From: an uncultured Acidobacteriota bacterium
GTDB lineage: Bacteria; Acidobacteriota; Thermoanaerobaculia; Multivoradales; UBA5704
Reading direction: 5' to 3'
Length of the DNA stretch: 64,000 nucleotides
Assembly (NCBI GenBank): GCA_963761645.1
Contig: CAVXIG010000067.1
Span: forward strand, 118,760 to 182,759
Positions 62,560-64,000 of the stretch are shown in pieces. The position numbers and the translations under genes are program-made. Below the pieces are notes generated by a model that was given only the letters and a program-made list of their open reading frames with translations, was not told where the DNA came from and did no database searches. Within the stretch, counting starts at the first letter, position 1, and every line of letters begins with the position of its first letter.

Positions 62560-64000
62560 ATGCGGCGCAGCCGTGGACCAGGATGGACAGCTCTGACCGC
62601 GCTCTTCGTTCTGGCGGTTGCCAGCGGGAGCGCGCAAGCGCCTCCGGCTCCAGTCCCCCTCTCTACCGGCACGGCTCTGGAGCGCGCCTTCGCCGCCGGC
62701 GAGACCCAGGTCTTCGATGCCGTCCTCACCGCCGGCAGGCTCTACTCGCTGACCGTCGAGCAGCGGGGGATCCACCTGGTCGTCGACGTGCGCGGACCGG
62801 AGGGCGGGAGCCTCGCCGCGGTCGACTCCCCCCTGGACCGCTGGGGGATCGAGACCGTCCTTCTCCGCCCGGCCTCCACCGGTTCCTACCGGCTCGAGGT
62901 GCGCGCCGCGACGAAGGGCGTCGGGCCGGGCCGCTGCGCGATCCGCCTGGAAGAGATACCGGAATCCGCCACTGCCGCCGGCCGGGAACAGGATCAACGC
63001 CCTGGCCGCGATGACGGAGGCGGGCAGTATCCTGCGCCGCGAGCCCACCGGCAGTCTCGACAAAGTTCGGGCCGCCTTGCAGAAGGCGCGCGGCCACTTC
63101 CAGGCCGCGGGCGATCCGCCGGGAGAGGCCGAGGCGGTCGCCGCCCTCGCCGCCGTCACTCATCGTCTGGGAAAACAGCGCCAGGCCGTCGATCTCTATC
63201 GCGAGGCGGTCTCCCGCTGGCGGGAGCTCGGCCGGCCCGAGCGCGAGATGCAGGCCGCTAACGATCTCGGGCTGACCCTCTGGGAAACGAGCGAGCTGCC
63301 CGCCGCCGACGAGGCTCTCGCCCGCGCCCTCGATCTCGCGCGCCGCCTCGGTCTGGCCTACCCCGAGGCCGACCTGCGCAACAACCAGTGCCTGGTGCTC
63401 CACGCCCGCGGCGGCGTGCGGCCGGCGCTCGCCTGCTACCGGGAGGCCCTGGCGCTCTACCATCAGCTCGGCGAGACGAAGGACGAGGCCACGGCGCTCA
63501 ACAACCTCGGCTTCGCCTACTTCGGCCTCGGCGAGCCGCAGCCGGCCGAGGAGAGCTACCGCCAGGCGCTGGCGATCCGCCGGGCGATCGGCGACCGGGG
63601 CGGCGAGGCCCAGACGCTCAACAACCTCGCCGTCCTCTACCGCGGCCTGGGCGAGATCGGCGAAGCGCTCAAGGCCTACGGCGAGGCCCGGGAGATCCTC
63701 GCCGCGCTGGACGACCGCCGGCAGGAGGCCTCCACCCTGAACAACCTGGGAGTCGCCTACAGCGCCATCGGCGAGGCGGAGCGGGCGCGGCTCTATCTGA
63801 CCCAGGCCCTGGCGATCCGCCGGACGGTCGAGGACCGCCGCGGCGAGATCGCGACCCTCAACAACCTCGGCTGGCTCGAGCGCAGAGGCGGCGCGGCCGG
63901 CAAGGCGATCCTCCTCCACCGCCAGGCCCTCGAGGTCGCCGTCGCGACCCATGACGCGCGCAACGAGGGGATCAGCCGCAGCTTGCTCGGAGAGGCTCTG
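62560..64000 (+). CDS. secreted TPR-repeat protein (partial at window end; one frameshift ~62990)
   Basis: MRRSRGPGWTALTALFVLAVASGSAQA signal peptide and N-domain (62560..63261). After a shift there are more than 8 TPR units with a recurring ...A.TLNNLG.(A/V)Y...GE...A...Y.(Q/E)AL.I signature (63388..63954 frame). The ORF is open at position 64000. Confidence 0.7.

Overview
This is a high-GC (~70%) chromosomal segment whose gene content looks Acidobacteria-like: a PadR regulator paired with a duplicated FtsX/MacB 'ADOP'-type permease, and many secreted BNR/TPR/FN3 proteins. I can support about 55 protein genes. They include a sulfate ABC-uptake operon (cysA, tandem USP, OprO/P-type porin, sbp, cysT, cysW) and thiC preceded by a TPP riboswitch. 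There is a surface-glycan/protein-modification cluster (GT39/ArnT-like glycosyltransferase, NodU-type carbamoyltransferase, SGNH-like hydrolase, GT14-like glycosyltransferase). The rest covers flotillin, Old Yellow Enzyme, GH47 mannosidase, an M1 aminopeptidase, a hybrid histidine kinase and a secreted lipase-like hydrolase. No tRNA, rRNA or CRISPR array was seen. About half of the CDSs are split over 2-4 frames by apparent single-nucleotide indels; this looks like error-prone assembly or, less likely, pseudogenisation. Coordinates for those genes are reconstructed across frames and are approximate. The most interesting unexplained signals are listed next. (1) An unlisted 59-codon ORF (61699-61878, minus) with a strong SD and a Lys-rich KETL...GG double-glycine-type leader plus a Cys-containing core. 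It is a candidate RiPP/bacteriocin precursor sitting next to a 6x21-bp tandem repeat array. (2) A 1.58-kb tandem duplication (lipase-like gene plus the 5' half of its partner gene) whose junction carries a 20-nt homopolymer (A20 in gene sense), which could mean an RT/transcript-mediated copy or a misassembly. (3) A 264-bp MITE-like nested inverted-repeat element beside two gene remnants. (4) A ~110-aa cysteine-containing C-terminal domain I do not recognise, shared by two otherwise different secreted proteins (FN3 vs cupredoxin+Calx-beta). (5) A hypothetical protein translationally coupled (ATGA) to a Rieske-flavodoxin fusion, i.e. a possible orphan oxygenase-like redox system.
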